Positions 1 to 9,049 of a stretch of 64,000 nt of DNA are shown piece after piece. The notes beneath the pieces are model-generated. The model had not been told where the DNA came from. It did no database searches and saw only the letters and a list, made by a program, of their open reading frames with translations. Origin of the DNA: an uncultured Gemmatimonadales bacterium (lineage in GTDB: Bacteria; Gemmatimonadota; Gemmatimonadetes; Gemmatimonadales; GWC2-71-9); NCBI GenBank assembly GCA_963711915.1, contig CAVQGA010000022.1, forward strand, positions 124,131 to 188,130, read 5' to 3'. How positions within the stretch are numbered: the stretch's first letter is position 1; each line of letters starts with the position of its first letter. Both the position numbers and the translations under genes were made by a program.

Positions 1-1
1 G

Positions 2-130
2 TCGGAGCGGTATGAGCGCCAGCTCACGAACCCGTTCGCGGTGCAGGACGAGCTGAGTCGGCTGATCGTAGACGGGGTCGAGGCGCGCCTTGCCTGGTTG
101 CGCACCCGTGGTGCAGCCCGGCCGGGCTGA
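2..130 (+). CDS. 3' end of a TolB-like N-terminal-domain protein (partial, runs in from window start)
   Basis: Frame 2 reads SERYERQLTNPFAVQDELSRLIV..., resembling the WSHTYERTLADVFALQDELT segment of the next gene; stop TGA 128-130. Confidence 0.6.
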   Translation, partial: SERYERQLTNPFAVQDELSRLIVDGVEARLAWLRTRGAARPG

Positions 131-136
131 GGCTCT

Positions 137-2404
137 ATGCCTGCCCTTCTCGACCGCATCAAGTCGGCGCTCGGCACCCGATATCCAATCGAGCGGGAGC
201 TCGGCCGCGGCGGGATGGCGACGGTATATCTCGCTCACGACCCGAAGCACGGGCGTCTGGTGGCCGTGAAGGTCCTCCGGCCCGAGCTCGCCGCGTCGAT
301 AGGGCCGGAGCGTTTTCTCCGCGAGATCCAGGTGGCCGCCCGCCTCACCCATCCGCACATCCTTCCACTCCACGACTCGGGCGAGGTGGAGGGTCTGTTG
401 TACTATGTCATGCCCTACATCGAAGGGGAGTCGTTACGTGACCGCCTCCAGCGCGAGCACCACCTCGTTCTGGACCAGGCGCTCGGGCTCGGCCGTGAGG
501 TGGCGGACGCCCTCGACTACGCACACCAGCACGGGGTGGTGCACCGGGACATCAAACCGGAGAACATCCTGATCGCGAACGGGCAGGCGATAGTCGCGGA
601 CTTCGGCATCGCGCGCGCCGTGAGCAGTGGCGCCGAGTTCCTCACCGAAGCGGGGACGGCCGTTGGCACGCCGATGTACATGAGCCCTGAGCAGGCGGAG
701 GGCGATCCCGACCTCGACGGCCGAAGCGACATCTACAGCCTCGGGTGTGTGCTGTTCGAAGCGCTCACCGGCGTCCCGCCGTTTCAGGGCCGTTCAGCCC
801 AGGCCATCCTCGTACGGCGACTCACCGAGAGCCCGCCGGCGCTGCGCACGCTGAGTCCGGGGATTCCCGCGGTAGTTGAAGCGGTCATCGCCCGCGCGCT
901 CGCCCGCACGCCGGCCGATCGGTTCGCCACGGCCGCCGGGCTGTCGTCGGCACTGGTCGAGGCGGCCGGGCGCGGCTCCGGGTGGGCGGCGGCGTTCATT
1001 TCCGGCAGCCAGCCGGTGGCCGACGCGTCCGTCGCGGTGCTTCCCTTCGTCAATCTGAGTTCCGATCCTGAGAACGAATACTTCAGCGATGGGATGACGG
1101 ACGAGATCATCAACGCGCTCGCCCAGATCCCGAGGCTTCGCGTTCCGGCGCGGTCGTCGTGCTTCATGTTCAAGGGGAAGAACGTGGAGGCCCGGCAGAT
1201 CGGCGAGCGGCTGAAGGTGCGCACGCTGCTCGAGGGGAGCGTGCGCAAGGCAGGCGATCGGATTCGCATGTCGGTGCAACTCATCAACGCCCCGGATGGC
1301 TACCAGCTTTGGTCCCATACCTACGAGCGGACCCTGGCCGATGTCTTCGCCCTCCAGGACGAGCTGACGCGCGCGATCGTGGGCGAGCTGACCAGCCGGG
1401 TGGTGGTGAGCACGAGCGAACCCATCGTCCGGGCCGCCACCGACCTCCCGGAGGCCTACGAGTTGTACCTGCAGGGATGGTACTTCCAGAACAAGCGGAC
1501 GACGGAAGGCTTCAGTGCAGCCATCGACCACTTCCGCCGCGCGACCGAACGGGATCCCGACTATGCCGCCGCCTACGCGCAGATGGCGTACTGCTATGCC
1601 CTGGCCGGCCTGGACACCTTCGGCGCCATGGCTCCGCTGGAAGCAATGCCGAAGGCGAAGGCCGCGGTCTCGAAGGCGCTGGAGCTGAATCCACAGCTTC
1701 CGGAGGCCCACGGCGCCCAGGCGATCATCGCCGCCCTCTACGACTGGGACTGGCGGGCGGCGGAGCGCGAGTTCGAGCGAGCGCTGGGTCTTGGTGAAAA
1801 CTCGTCCTTTATCCACCTCTGGTACGCGCTCTTCCTCAGTGCGATGGGTCGACATGACGAGAGTCTGCGGGTCGTCACGAGGGCCTTGGCTATCGATCCC
1901 CTATCGCTGGGCCTCCACCTGACTCTCGGACGCTGTCTCTACTTCGCCCGTCGATACGACGAGGCGCTCATGAAGTTTCGCGCCGCCCTGGAGATGGAAC
2001 CGATCGTGCCGTGCTACTGGGAGATCGGCCGGGTCTATCACCTGCTAAACCGATACTCGGAGTCCGCCGCGATCCTGGAGCAAGGCATGCAGCTGGCCGG
2101 CCGGATGCCCATTCTGCTCATGTATGCCGGGTCGGCCTACGCCAAGTTGGGGGAGCGCGCACGCGCGCTCGGCATTGCCGCCGAGCTCCGCCGGATTTCG
2201 GAGCAGCGCTACCTCTCCCCCATGTACGAGGCGCACGTCCGGACCGCGCTCGGTGACCTCGAGGAGGGCTTCAGATTGTATGAGGAGGCCTACGAGCGGC
2301 GCTCTGGCTGGCTGATTTTCACGCGCGCTGAGCCGGGGTGGGATCCGCTGCGGGAAGATCCAAGGTACCTCGCGCTGCTGAAAAAGCTCAAGCTGGACTT
2401 CTGA
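137..2404 (+). CDS. Hanks-type Ser/Thr protein kinase with TolB-like domain and TPR repeats
   Basis: LGRGGMATVY, VAVK, HRDIKPEN, DFG, GTPMYMSPE; SVAVLPFVNLS..EYFSDG domain; C-terminal TPR-like helices. Confidence 0.95.
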   Translation: MPALLDRIKSALGTRYPIERELGRGGMATVYLAHDPKHGRLVAVKVLRPELAASIGPERFLREIQVAARLTHPHILPLHDSGEVEGLLYYVMPYIEGESLRDRLQREHHLVLDQALGLGREVADALDYAHQHGVVHRDIKPENILIANGQAIVADFGIARAVSSGAEFLTEAGTAVGTPMYMSPEQAEGDPDLDGRSDIYSLGCVLFEALTGVPPFQGRSAQAILVRRLTESPPALRTLSPGIPAVVEAVIARALARTPADRFATAAGLSSALVEAAGRGSGWAAAFISGSQPVADASVAVLPFVNLSSDPENEYFSDGMTDEIINALAQIPRLRVPARSSCFMFKGKNVEARQIGERLKVRTLLEGSVRKAGDRIRMSVQLINAPDGYQLWSHTYERTLADVFALQDELTRAIVGELTSRVVVSTSEPIVRAATDLPEAYELYLQGWYFQNKRTTEGFSAAIDHFRRATERDPDYAAAYAQMAYCYALAGLDTFGAMAPLEAMPKAKAAVSKALELNPQLPEAHGAQAIIAALYDWDWRAAEREFERALGLGENSSFIHLWYALFLSAMGRHDESLRVVTRALAIDPLSLGLHLTLGRCLYFARRYDEALMKFRAALEMEPIVPCYWEIGRVYHLLNRYSESAAILEQGMQLAGRMPILLMYAGSAYAKLGERARALGIAAELRRISEQRYLSPMYEAHVRTALGDLEEGFRLYEEAYERRSGWLIFTRAEPGWDPLREDPRYLALLKKLKLDF

Positions 2405-2593
2405 CGATCTTCTGACCCCCGCCTGACTCAATCTCTTAACATGGGCGAACGCTCTATGCGGCATGCCGCCGCGCTCGCTCCAGCGGCGCCTACGCTGAGG
2501 ATTCGTTCGACTTCGGCGCGGGCAATCCCGTCCTGATCCCCACCAGCGACGCGTGATGGCGGCGAGGGACGCCGGAAATGTATACTTTCGAGC

Positions 2594-2983
2594 ATGCTCT
2601 GGTATATCGCAATCGGAAGCGCGATCGGCGGCGTCGGCCGCTATCTTGTCGGCGGCCTCGTCCAGCGGTTGACGGGAGGCACGTTTCCCACCGGCACCCT
2701 GCTCATCAATATCACCGGGTCGTTCCTGCTCGGGGCCATCCTCCGCTACGGGGTGGACACCCCCACTCTCAGCCCGGAGTTCCGTGCCCTCCTGACCGTA
2801 GGACTGTGCGGCGGTTACACCACCTTTTCCACTTTCAGCTACGAGACCGCCGCGCTGCTCGAGGACGGCGAATGGCCTCGGGCGGCGCTGTACGTCGCTC
2901 TGAGCGTCGCCCTCTCGGTGCTGGCGACCTTCGCCGGCTTCCTGGCGGCGCGCGAGCTCATCGTTCTGCGGGAGCGGATGTAG
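2594..2983 (+). CDS. crcB: Fluoride efflux channel CrcB/FluC
   Basis: 129 aa, 4 TM, FPTGTLLIN and GLCGGYTTFSTFS signatures. Confidence 0.95.
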   Translation: MLWYIAIGSAIGGVGRYLVGGLVQRLTGGTFPTGTLLINITGSFLLGAILRYGVDTPTLSPEFRALLTVGLCGGYTTFSTFSYETAALLEDGEWPRAALYVALSVALSVLATFAGFLAARELIVLRERM

Positions 2984-3024
2984 GTGCACGGCTCACCACG
3001 AAGACCGGGGGCGCGACGAGTCGA

Positions 3025-3381
3025 ATGCACGGACTGACCGGCGAGCGCACGCTGATGCGGATCCACCTCGGCGAGCGCGACAAGTACCACGGCAAGCCCC
3101 TGTACGAGGCGATCGTGCTCCTCCTCCGGGAGCGCGGGTTCGCTGGCGCCACCGTGCTGCGCGGGATCATGGGGTTCGGCGCGAGCGCCGGAATCCACAG
3201 CGAGAAAGTCCTCCGGCTGTCGCTCGATCTTCCGCTCGTGGTGGAGTGCGTGGAGACCGAGGACAAGATCCAGGCGATCCTGCCCGAGCTCGATCGCATG
3301 ATCGGGGGTGGACTCATCACCCTGGAGCGGGCACACGTCATCATGTATCGAGGCGACCAGGCCCCGGAAAGGCCGTCATGA
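3025..3381 (+). CDS. DUF190 family PII-like protein
   Basis: LMRIHLGERDKYHGKPLYEAIV..GATVLRGIMGFG..LSLDLPLVVE; typical crcB partner; start set at ATG 3025. Confidence 0.9.
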   Translation: MHGLTGERTLMRIHLGERDKYHGKPLYEAIVLLLRERGFAGATVLRGIMGFGASAGIHSEKVLRLSLDLPLVVECVETEDKIQAILPELDRMIGGGLITLERAHVIMYRGDQAPERPS

Positions 3382-3845
3382 GCAGTCCGGTAGAGGCCCT
3401 GGCAGGCGTGCCCAACGCGTGCCGGCTGCTTCCAACGGTGGTGACCGGTGGCCAGCCTTCGGCGGCGCACCTCGCGGCGTTCCACGCCGCCGGTGGTAAG
3501 ATCGTCCTCGATTTGCGGGACCCGATGGAGCCCCGGCCGCTGGATGAGCCCGCGACCGTCACCTCGCTCGGGATGGAATATGTGAACGTCCCTGTTGGGC
3601 CCGGCACGCTGACCGACGCCACCCTCGAACACGTGCGCGGCGTCCTTCGCCAGGCGGGAGAGCAGGTCGTCATGGTCCATTGCGGCAGCGGCAATCGCGT
3701 GGGCGGAGCACTCCTGCCCTACCTGATGCTCGACGAGGGGATGGAGGAGGACGACGCGGTGGGCCAGGCGATGCGCGTGGGGCTCAGGAGCGCTGAGCTG
3801 CTGGAGTGGGGACTGGACTACGCCCGGAGACACCCGCCGGCCTAA
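3378..3845 (+). CDS. Protein-tyrosine-phosphatase-fold / DUF442 (Blh-like) sulfurtransferase domain protein
   Basis: TGGQPS and HCGSGNR (CX5R-like) motifs; ATG overlaps previous stop (ATGA). Confidence 0.8.
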   Translation: MSSPVEALAGVPNACRLLPTVVTGGQPSAAHLAAFHAAGGKIVLDLRDPMEPRPLDEPATVTSLGMEYVNVPVGPGTLTDATLEHVRGVLRQAGEQVVMVHCGSGNRVGGALLPYLMLDEGMEEDDAVGQAMRVGLRSAELLEWGLDYARRHPPA

Positions 3846-3849
3846 GAGT

Positions 3850-3953
3850 GCGTTTCGAAACCTCGGCTTGAGTCACCCTGAGCGCAGCGAGGGGGGCATG
3901 CCTTCGGGTACGGCTCCTTCGCTACGCTCAGGATGACTCAGGTATTGAAACGC
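3850..3953. repeat. REP-like intergenic palindrome (copy 1)
   Basis: TGAGTCACCCTGAGCGCAGCGA..TTCGCTACGCTCAGGATGACTCA inverted repeat (3869-3940) nested in GCGTTTC..GAAACGC. Confidence 0.75.
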
Positions 3954-3996
3954 GCAACGCGCTGTAAATTAAGGGCCCAAGAGACGTCCATGCGTC

Positions 3997-4037
3997 AACG
4001 AAAAGGGCCCCCGATCGGATCGGGAGCCCTTTCGTTT
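3997..4037. terminator. Probable bidirectional intrinsic terminator
   Basis: AACGAAAAGGGCCCCCGATC/GATCGGGAGCCCTTTCGTT hairpin between convergent genes. Confidence 0.75.
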
Positions 4038-4049
4038 ATCATCGTCCGC

Positions 4050-5681
4050 TCAGCGCCTGCGGGCACCGCCGCCACCGCCGCCGCCTCGATCGCCGCCGCC
4101 GCCGCGGGACCCGCCATCCGACCGGGGCGGCGGGGAGTAACTTCCGCGGTCGTCGCCACGGTTGCTGGGCGGCGGAGAGTAGCTGCCACGGTCACCGCCG
4201 CGGTCGCTGGGACGCGGGTCGGGGCGGGCCTCCGGACGTGGCGCCGAGCGCGGCTCGTCCCGAACAACAGGACGGGGGTCGCGGTCGTCACCGCGTCCGA
4301 CGTCACGGGGACCATCGTCACTGCGGCGAGCGGGCCGCGCGTCATCCTGTGGATCGGCTCGCACCTCCTGCGGGCGGTCGGCCGCCCGGCGAGGCACGTC
4401 CTCCGAACGGCTGAGCGGTCTTACCTCGGTGGGGAGATCTCGCCCGCCGCGGGCATCCCGTGCTCCCGGTGTGCTGATCGGCGCCCGGTCCGGCTCGCGG
4501 GCGCGGCGCGCATCGATATTGGGCCGTACGAGGCGGCTGTCCGTCCGCCGAACTGCGCCCGCATTCGGCGCCCGCTCCGGCGTCCGCCGGGGCGTGGCAC
4601 TCCCGCTCGAGACATTTCCGCGACGCTCTGGTGCGGAGCGGACGCCCGTCCCCGCGGCCGGTCGCTCATCCGCGGTCCGCCGAAGCGGACTGGCATTCGG
4701 CGCCTGCCGATCGCGAACTATCGGCGGCATGTAAACCGTATTCACCGACCGGCGCAGATCGTAGCGGCGATCGCGATAGCCCGCCAACATGCCGTCGACC
4801 GGACGGAAGCGATACGGCGTGTACGGCCGATTCCACCCACGGTAATGGTTGGAGTACCCGCCGTAGTAGGGATAGTTGTAGAACGGCCGGTTGTAGTACG
4901 GACGGTAGTAGGCCGGCCGGTAGTAGTAAGGGTCGTAGAAGAATGGATCGTAGAACGGGTCGTACACCGCCGAGTAGAACGGATCGTAGTAGAACCGGCG
5001 GTAGCGCGGCCGGCCGAAGAACAGGCTCACCGACAGGCTGTACGGCGATCCATAGTAAGACCGCCCGCAGCTGAGGTACGAGTAGCCGCAGCCATAGTCG
5101 GCCCCGTAGTAGCCCGAGCCGTAGTAGCCCGAACCGTAGTTGTCGGCGTAGACCACGCGCTCGAGCACGCTGTAGTTGAGGATATCGTAGTCGAAGCCGC
5201 CGTCCACCATTCGCCGGACCAGGTCGTTCAGGTCCTGCTCGGGGTCGACGGGGAGGCGCTGGGGCGAGAGGTTCCGGTAGTCCCAGTGATCGCCAAGCAC
5301 GAAATCGTCGAAGCGGTAGGGGTCGTGCGACACGGCAGCGTAAACGGTCCCGTTGCCTTTACCATCATCGGCGGTGAATGACTCGCGCCCCCCGCGACCG
5401 CGGATCTCGTATTTCCGTCCGCCCCGCACGAAGTCGTCGTCTCGCGGATCGAGCGGGAACAGCACACGCAGGTGCCCGTCAGGGTCGACGTGCAGAACCA
5501 GCAGGTAGCCATCTTCGCGGGTGCGGACCTGAACCTTCGCGTGGTCCCCGGGCAGGAAGCGCCGGTCGTTGTTGATCCAGATCTGAACGGCCGGGTCCTC
5601 ACCAGCCGCACGGGCAGCCGGGGGGGCTGCTCCGGCAGGAGCGCCGAGAACGAGAAGCGGGGCTAGCAAGGCGGTGATCAT
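4050..5681 (-). CDS. Secreted DUF4384-domain protein with Tyr-rich and Arg/Gly/Asp-rich low-complexity tail
   Basis: GGAGG RBS before MITALLAPLLVLG signal peptide; DGYLLVLHVDPDGHLRVLFP matches DUF4384-type domain; YYGSGYYG and YYDPF repeats. Confidence 0.75.
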   Translation of the reverse strand: MITALLAPLLVLGAPAGAAPPAARAAGEDPAVQIWINNDRRFLPGDHAKVQVRTREDGYLLVLHVDPDGHLRVLFPLDPRDDDFVRGGRKYEIRGRGGRESFTADDGKGNGTVYAAVSHDPYRFDDFVLGDHWDYRNLSPQRLPVDPEQDLNDLVRRMVDGGFDYDILNYSVLERVVYADNYGSGYYGSGYYGADYGCGYSYLSCGRSYYGSPYSLSVSLFFGRPRYRRFYYDPFYSAVYDPFYDPFFYDPYYYRPAYYRPYYNRPFYNYPYYGGYSNHYRGWNRPYTPYRFRPVDGMLAGYRDRRYDLRRSVNTVYMPPIVRDRQAPNASPLRRTADERPAAGTGVRSAPERRGNVSSGSATPRRTPERAPNAGAVRRTDSRLVRPNIDARRAREPDRAPISTPGARDARGGRDLPTEVRPLSRSEDVPRRAADRPQEVRADPQDDARPARRSDDGPRDVGRGDDRDPRPVVRDEPRSAPRPEARPDPRPSDRGGDRGSYSPPPSNRGDDRGSYSPPPRSDGGSRGGGGDRGGGGGGGARRR

Positions 5682-5767
5682 AGCACCTCCCAACGACTGC
5701 GGTTCCAACATGGAAACTTCGACGGGGCACAGGGTTCGGGGTCCGGAGGGACCCGAGTGTCGGTGAC

Positions 5768-5783
5768 TGCGAAGGCTGTGCCA
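5768..5783 (-). promoter_or_regulatory. Putative sigma-54 (-24/-12) promoter of the DUF4384 gene
   Basis: Minus strand TGGCACAGCCTTCGCA = GG-N10-GC, about 90 nt upstream of the start. Confidence 0.45.
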
Positions 5784-6000
5784 CGCGGTACTTGCATACC
5801 TATCCAACACTTAGCTCTCAACTGTGGTTCCGGAGCGTCCTCTTTCCAGCACTCTTGGTGGGGGAAGTGTCACCGGACGAGGCACCCCGAGCGAGTGCCG
5901 GCCCGGCTCGGGACCGCCGATCCGGGGCCCCATCTCCGCAGAGGATGACGTGCCGGACCCCCTTTCATTAACTGAATGACCCGGCGGTATCGCGAGTCGC

Positions 6001-6438
6001 CTAGGCCTTGCTGGTCTCCCGGCCGCCGTTCCAGCGGTGCCAGTACATCCGCATTTCGCTGATCAGCCCGCCCTCAGTCTCGCAAAAGATGGCGCCTCGA
6101 GCGTCCACCCACTCGCCGGTGCGCTTCCGGCGAAAGACGCACTTGAACTCGGTGGAAAACCAGGGGCCGGCCGCGAAGATCTCGCCCGAAGCGAAAGTGA
6201 TCTCCGACTGACTGAAGGGGACGTCGAGCCACCAGCGTCGGATCGCGTCGGCGCCTCGGATCGGCTCGGAAAACGGCGTCTCGACGAACGCGGCGTCCGG
6301 CGCGAATACTGTCGCCAGCAGGTCGATGTTCGACTTCGCCCAGCCCTTGCCGAAGGTGTCGATCAGGGACCGTCCCAAGGCCCGGGTGTCGAGTGCTTGC
6401 TCCGGCGTCCCGGTCAGGGGAAGTTCTTCGGCTGACAT
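6001..6438 (-). CDS. NTF2/SnoaL-like protein
   Basis: LLATVFAPDAAFVETPFSEPIRGADAIRRWW..GLISEMRMYW. Confidence 0.8.
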   Translation of the reverse strand: MSAEELPLTGTPEQALDTRALGRSLIDTFGKGWAKSNIDLLATVFAPDAAFVETPFSEPIRGADAIRRWWLDVPFSQSEITFASGEIFAAGPWFSTEFKCVFRRKRTGEWVDARGAIFCETEGGLISEMRMYWHRWNGGRETSKA

Positions 6439-9049
6439 GCCTTTCAACATACATCTTTCCCGGGCCCTCCGCGCCGTGATCGCGATCGCGCTCGCGCCGC
6501 TGGCGGCGGCGGCCCAGGCCACCTGCGCTTCCCGGGTGGCGGACACGATCGCCAGCGGGTGGACCGCGTACCGGAGCCGATCACTCGACGTCGCGACGGC
6601 CCGCTTCCGGGCGGCCGAGCGGCTCTGCCCTGGGTCCCCCGGGGCCCGGGTGGGACTAGGATTCGTGGCCCTTCGGGAGGACCGGGCGAGCGCGGCCGAT
6701 TCGCTGTTCCGACTGGTGCTCGCAAGCGACACCGCATACGCCGACGCGTGGGAGGGGCAGGCGCGAGCGGCCTGGCGCTTGGGCAAGCCCGAGCTTGCCG
6801 TGGCTGCGGGCCAGCGCGCTCTGGTGCTGGACCCGCACAACTCGGACCTGGCCGCCTGGCTCGACGAGGTTGCTCCGGACCGGGACCGTCCCGCCCTCGG
6901 CGCGCACCGCAGGCCGGCGCGCCTGCAACTCGTCTCCCGGACCCGTGGCAACCGATTCGAGGTCCGGAAGGGCGCGGACTGGAGTCCGGTCTACGTGAAA
7001 GGAGTCAACCTCGGCGTCGCGGTCCCGGGGCGGTTTCCGTCGGAGTTTCCCAGGGACAGCGCCGTCTACGCCGAGTGGCTCGGCGCGATCGCCGGAATGC
7101 ACGCCAATGCCGTCCGCGTTTACACCATTCTGCCACCCGCGTTTTACCGGGCGCTGCGCGGCTGGAACCGCGCCCACCCGGACCGCGCCCTCTGGCTGAT
7201 CCAGGGAGCCTGGACCGAGCTCCCTCCCGACAACGACTTCGACGATCACCCGTGGAAGGAGGAATTCCACCAGGAGATGCGCCGAGTGGTCGATTTGCTC
7301 CATGGAAGAGTTGAATTCGCGGCCCGGCCCGGCCACGCGGGCGGCCGCTATGACGCGGACGTCTCGCCCTGGACACTGGCGTACATCATCGGGCGGGAGT
7401 GGGAACCCTACGCCGTCAAGGCCTACGACGAGCGATCCGCCGCCAAGACGTATCGCGGCCGGTACCTCACGATGCCGATCGGGAGCGCGATGGACGCCTG
7501 GTTGGCCGAGCAGTGCGATTATCTGCTCGCGTACGAAGCCGGACGGTTCAACGCCATGCGGCCGATCGCCTACACCAACTGGCCGACGCTCGACCCGCTC
7601 AATCACACCACCGAGTCCACCGCCAAGGAGGAACGACGCTGGCGGCATGAGCCCGAAGAGAGCACCGGCACCACCGCCGTCAATCACGAGGAGGATGCCG
7701 TCGCGCTCGACCCAACGCTCGTCCGGCCGACCGGGGCCAACCCTGCGGGGTGGTTCGCGAGCTACCATGTCTATCCGTACTACCCGGACTTCATGAACTA
7801 CGACCCGGGGTATCTGGCCGCGCGTTCGAGCGAAGGGCCGTCCAGCTACTTCGGGTATCTCCGCGACCTCACCCGACATCACGCGGGCATGCCGCTCCTG
7901 GTGTCGGAGTACGGGGTGCCCTCGAGCCGGGGCATCGCCCACTTCCAGCCCCAGGGCTGGAACCACGGCGGGCACGACGAGGTGGCGATGGCGGCGATCG
8001 ACGCCAGGTTGACGCGGGAGATTCGCGAGAGCGGCGCGGCGGGCGGCATCGTCTTCGCCTGGATGGACGAGTGGTTCAAGAGGAACTGGCTCGTTGCCAA
8101 CTACGAAACTCCGGCCGATCACACGCCGCGGTGGCACAACGCGATGGACGCGGAGCAGCACTACGGCATCCTGGCTCAGCGCGCGGGCGACCCCGGCCGC
8201 CGGCCGGCGCTCGGCGGCGACCCCGGTCGGTGGCGCGCTCTTCCAGTGCTACAGCCGGCGAATGCGGAGGAGGGTCCGCTCAGGATCGGGCAGGACGAAG
8301 CCTACGTCTACCTGGCCGTGCCGCTCCCCGGCGACTTCGACTGGGATTCGCTCGACGTCCAGATCGCGCTCGACACGTACGCGCCAGCGCTGGGGCAGCG
8401 ACGATTGGCCGACGGCGCTCTGGAGAGCGAGGTCGGGATGGAGTTCGTGGCCGAGCTCCGAAGCCCTGCCGATGGGGAGCTGCGGGTGACGCCCGACTAT
8501 AATCCGTATGCGCCGGCGTCGTGGATTCTGCGGGGCGACGATTTCGGCCGATTCTACCGTCATCCGGCCGGCAGCGTGGCGCGGGACGACGGGCGGTTCG
8601 ACTCCCTGTTCGTCATCACCAATCGTGCGCGCTACGGCCGGGACGGTACCTTCTTCCCGTCCCAGGGCTACAATCGCGGACGCCTCCGCTTCGGGCGGGA
8701 GGCCGAGTCCACCTTGGCCGACTGGTACCACGACACCGCCGCCGGGATGCTGGAGCTCCGGCTGCCATGGGGCCTGCTCAACGTGACCGATCCCTCGACC
8801 GCGACCGTGCTCGCCGAACACGACGGCGCGCCGTTCGCTACGGAAGCGACGGGCGGGTTTCGGGTAGGTGTGCTGGTGCGGCGCAGCTCGGACGGCGCCG
8901 TGCTGGGCGCGCTCCCGGCCCGCGCCGCGGACGGGACGTGGACGGCACCGGGGTTTCGCCTCTGGCGCTGGCCGACGTGGACCGAGCCCACACGCCAAGC
9001 TTCACTCAAACCGGTGTACGACAGTCTCGCCGCGACGTGGGCCCATTGA
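6437..9049 (+). CDS. Secreted TPR plus clan GH-A-like glycoside hydrolase
   Basis: Signal peptide, TPR helices, KGVNLG..PGRFPSE, NAVRVYT, GREWEP (acid/base-like), SYHVYPYYP, VSEYGVP (nucleophile-like); exact start uncertain. Confidence 0.7.
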   Translation: MPFNIHLSRALRAVIAIALAPLAAAAQATCASRVADTIASGWTAYRSRSLDVATARFRAAERLCPGSPGARVGLGFVALREDRASAADSLFRLVLASDTAYADAWEGQARAAWRLGKPELAVAAGQRALVLDPHNSDLAAWLDEVAPDRDRPALGAHRRPARLQLVSRTRGNRFEVRKGADWSPVYVKGVNLGVAVPGRFPSEFPRDSAVYAEWLGAIAGMHANAVRVYTILPPAFYRALRGWNRAHPDRALWLIQGAWTELPPDNDFDDHPWKEEFHQEMRRVVDLLHGRVEFAARPGHAGGRYDADVSPWTLAYIIGREWEPYAVKAYDERSAAKTYRGRYLTMPIGSAMDAWLAEQCDYLLAYEAGRFNAMRPIAYTNWPTLDPLNHTTESTAKEERRWRHEPEESTGTTAVNHEEDAVALDPTLVRPTGANPAGWFASYHVYPYYPDFMNYDPGYLAARSSEGPSSYFGYLRDLTRHHAGMPLLVSEYGVPSSRGIAHFQPQGWNHGGHDEVAMAAIDARLTREIRESGAAGGIVFAWMDEWFKRNWLVANYETPADHTPRWHNAMDAEQHYGILAQRAGDPGRRPALGGDPGRWRALPVLQPANAEEGPLRIGQDEAYVYLAVPLPGDFDWDSLDVQIALDTYAPALGQRRLADGALESEVGMEFVAELRSPADGELRVTPDYNPYAPASWILRGDDFGRFYRHPAGSVARDDGRFDSLFVITNRARYGRDGTFFPSQGYNRGRLRFGREAESTLADWYHDTAAGMLELRLPWGLLNVTDPSTATVLAEHDGAPFATEATGGFRVGVLVRRSSDGAVLGALPARAADGTWTAPGFRLWRWPTWTEPTRQASLKPVYDSLAATWAH

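Noticed and set aside
2405-2593. Fluoride riboswitch upstream of crcB
   Set aside because: No convincing GGCGATGG..CGCC..AAC..GCTGATGAC consensus found by eye; an Infernal search with the Rfam fluoride riboswitch model would settle it
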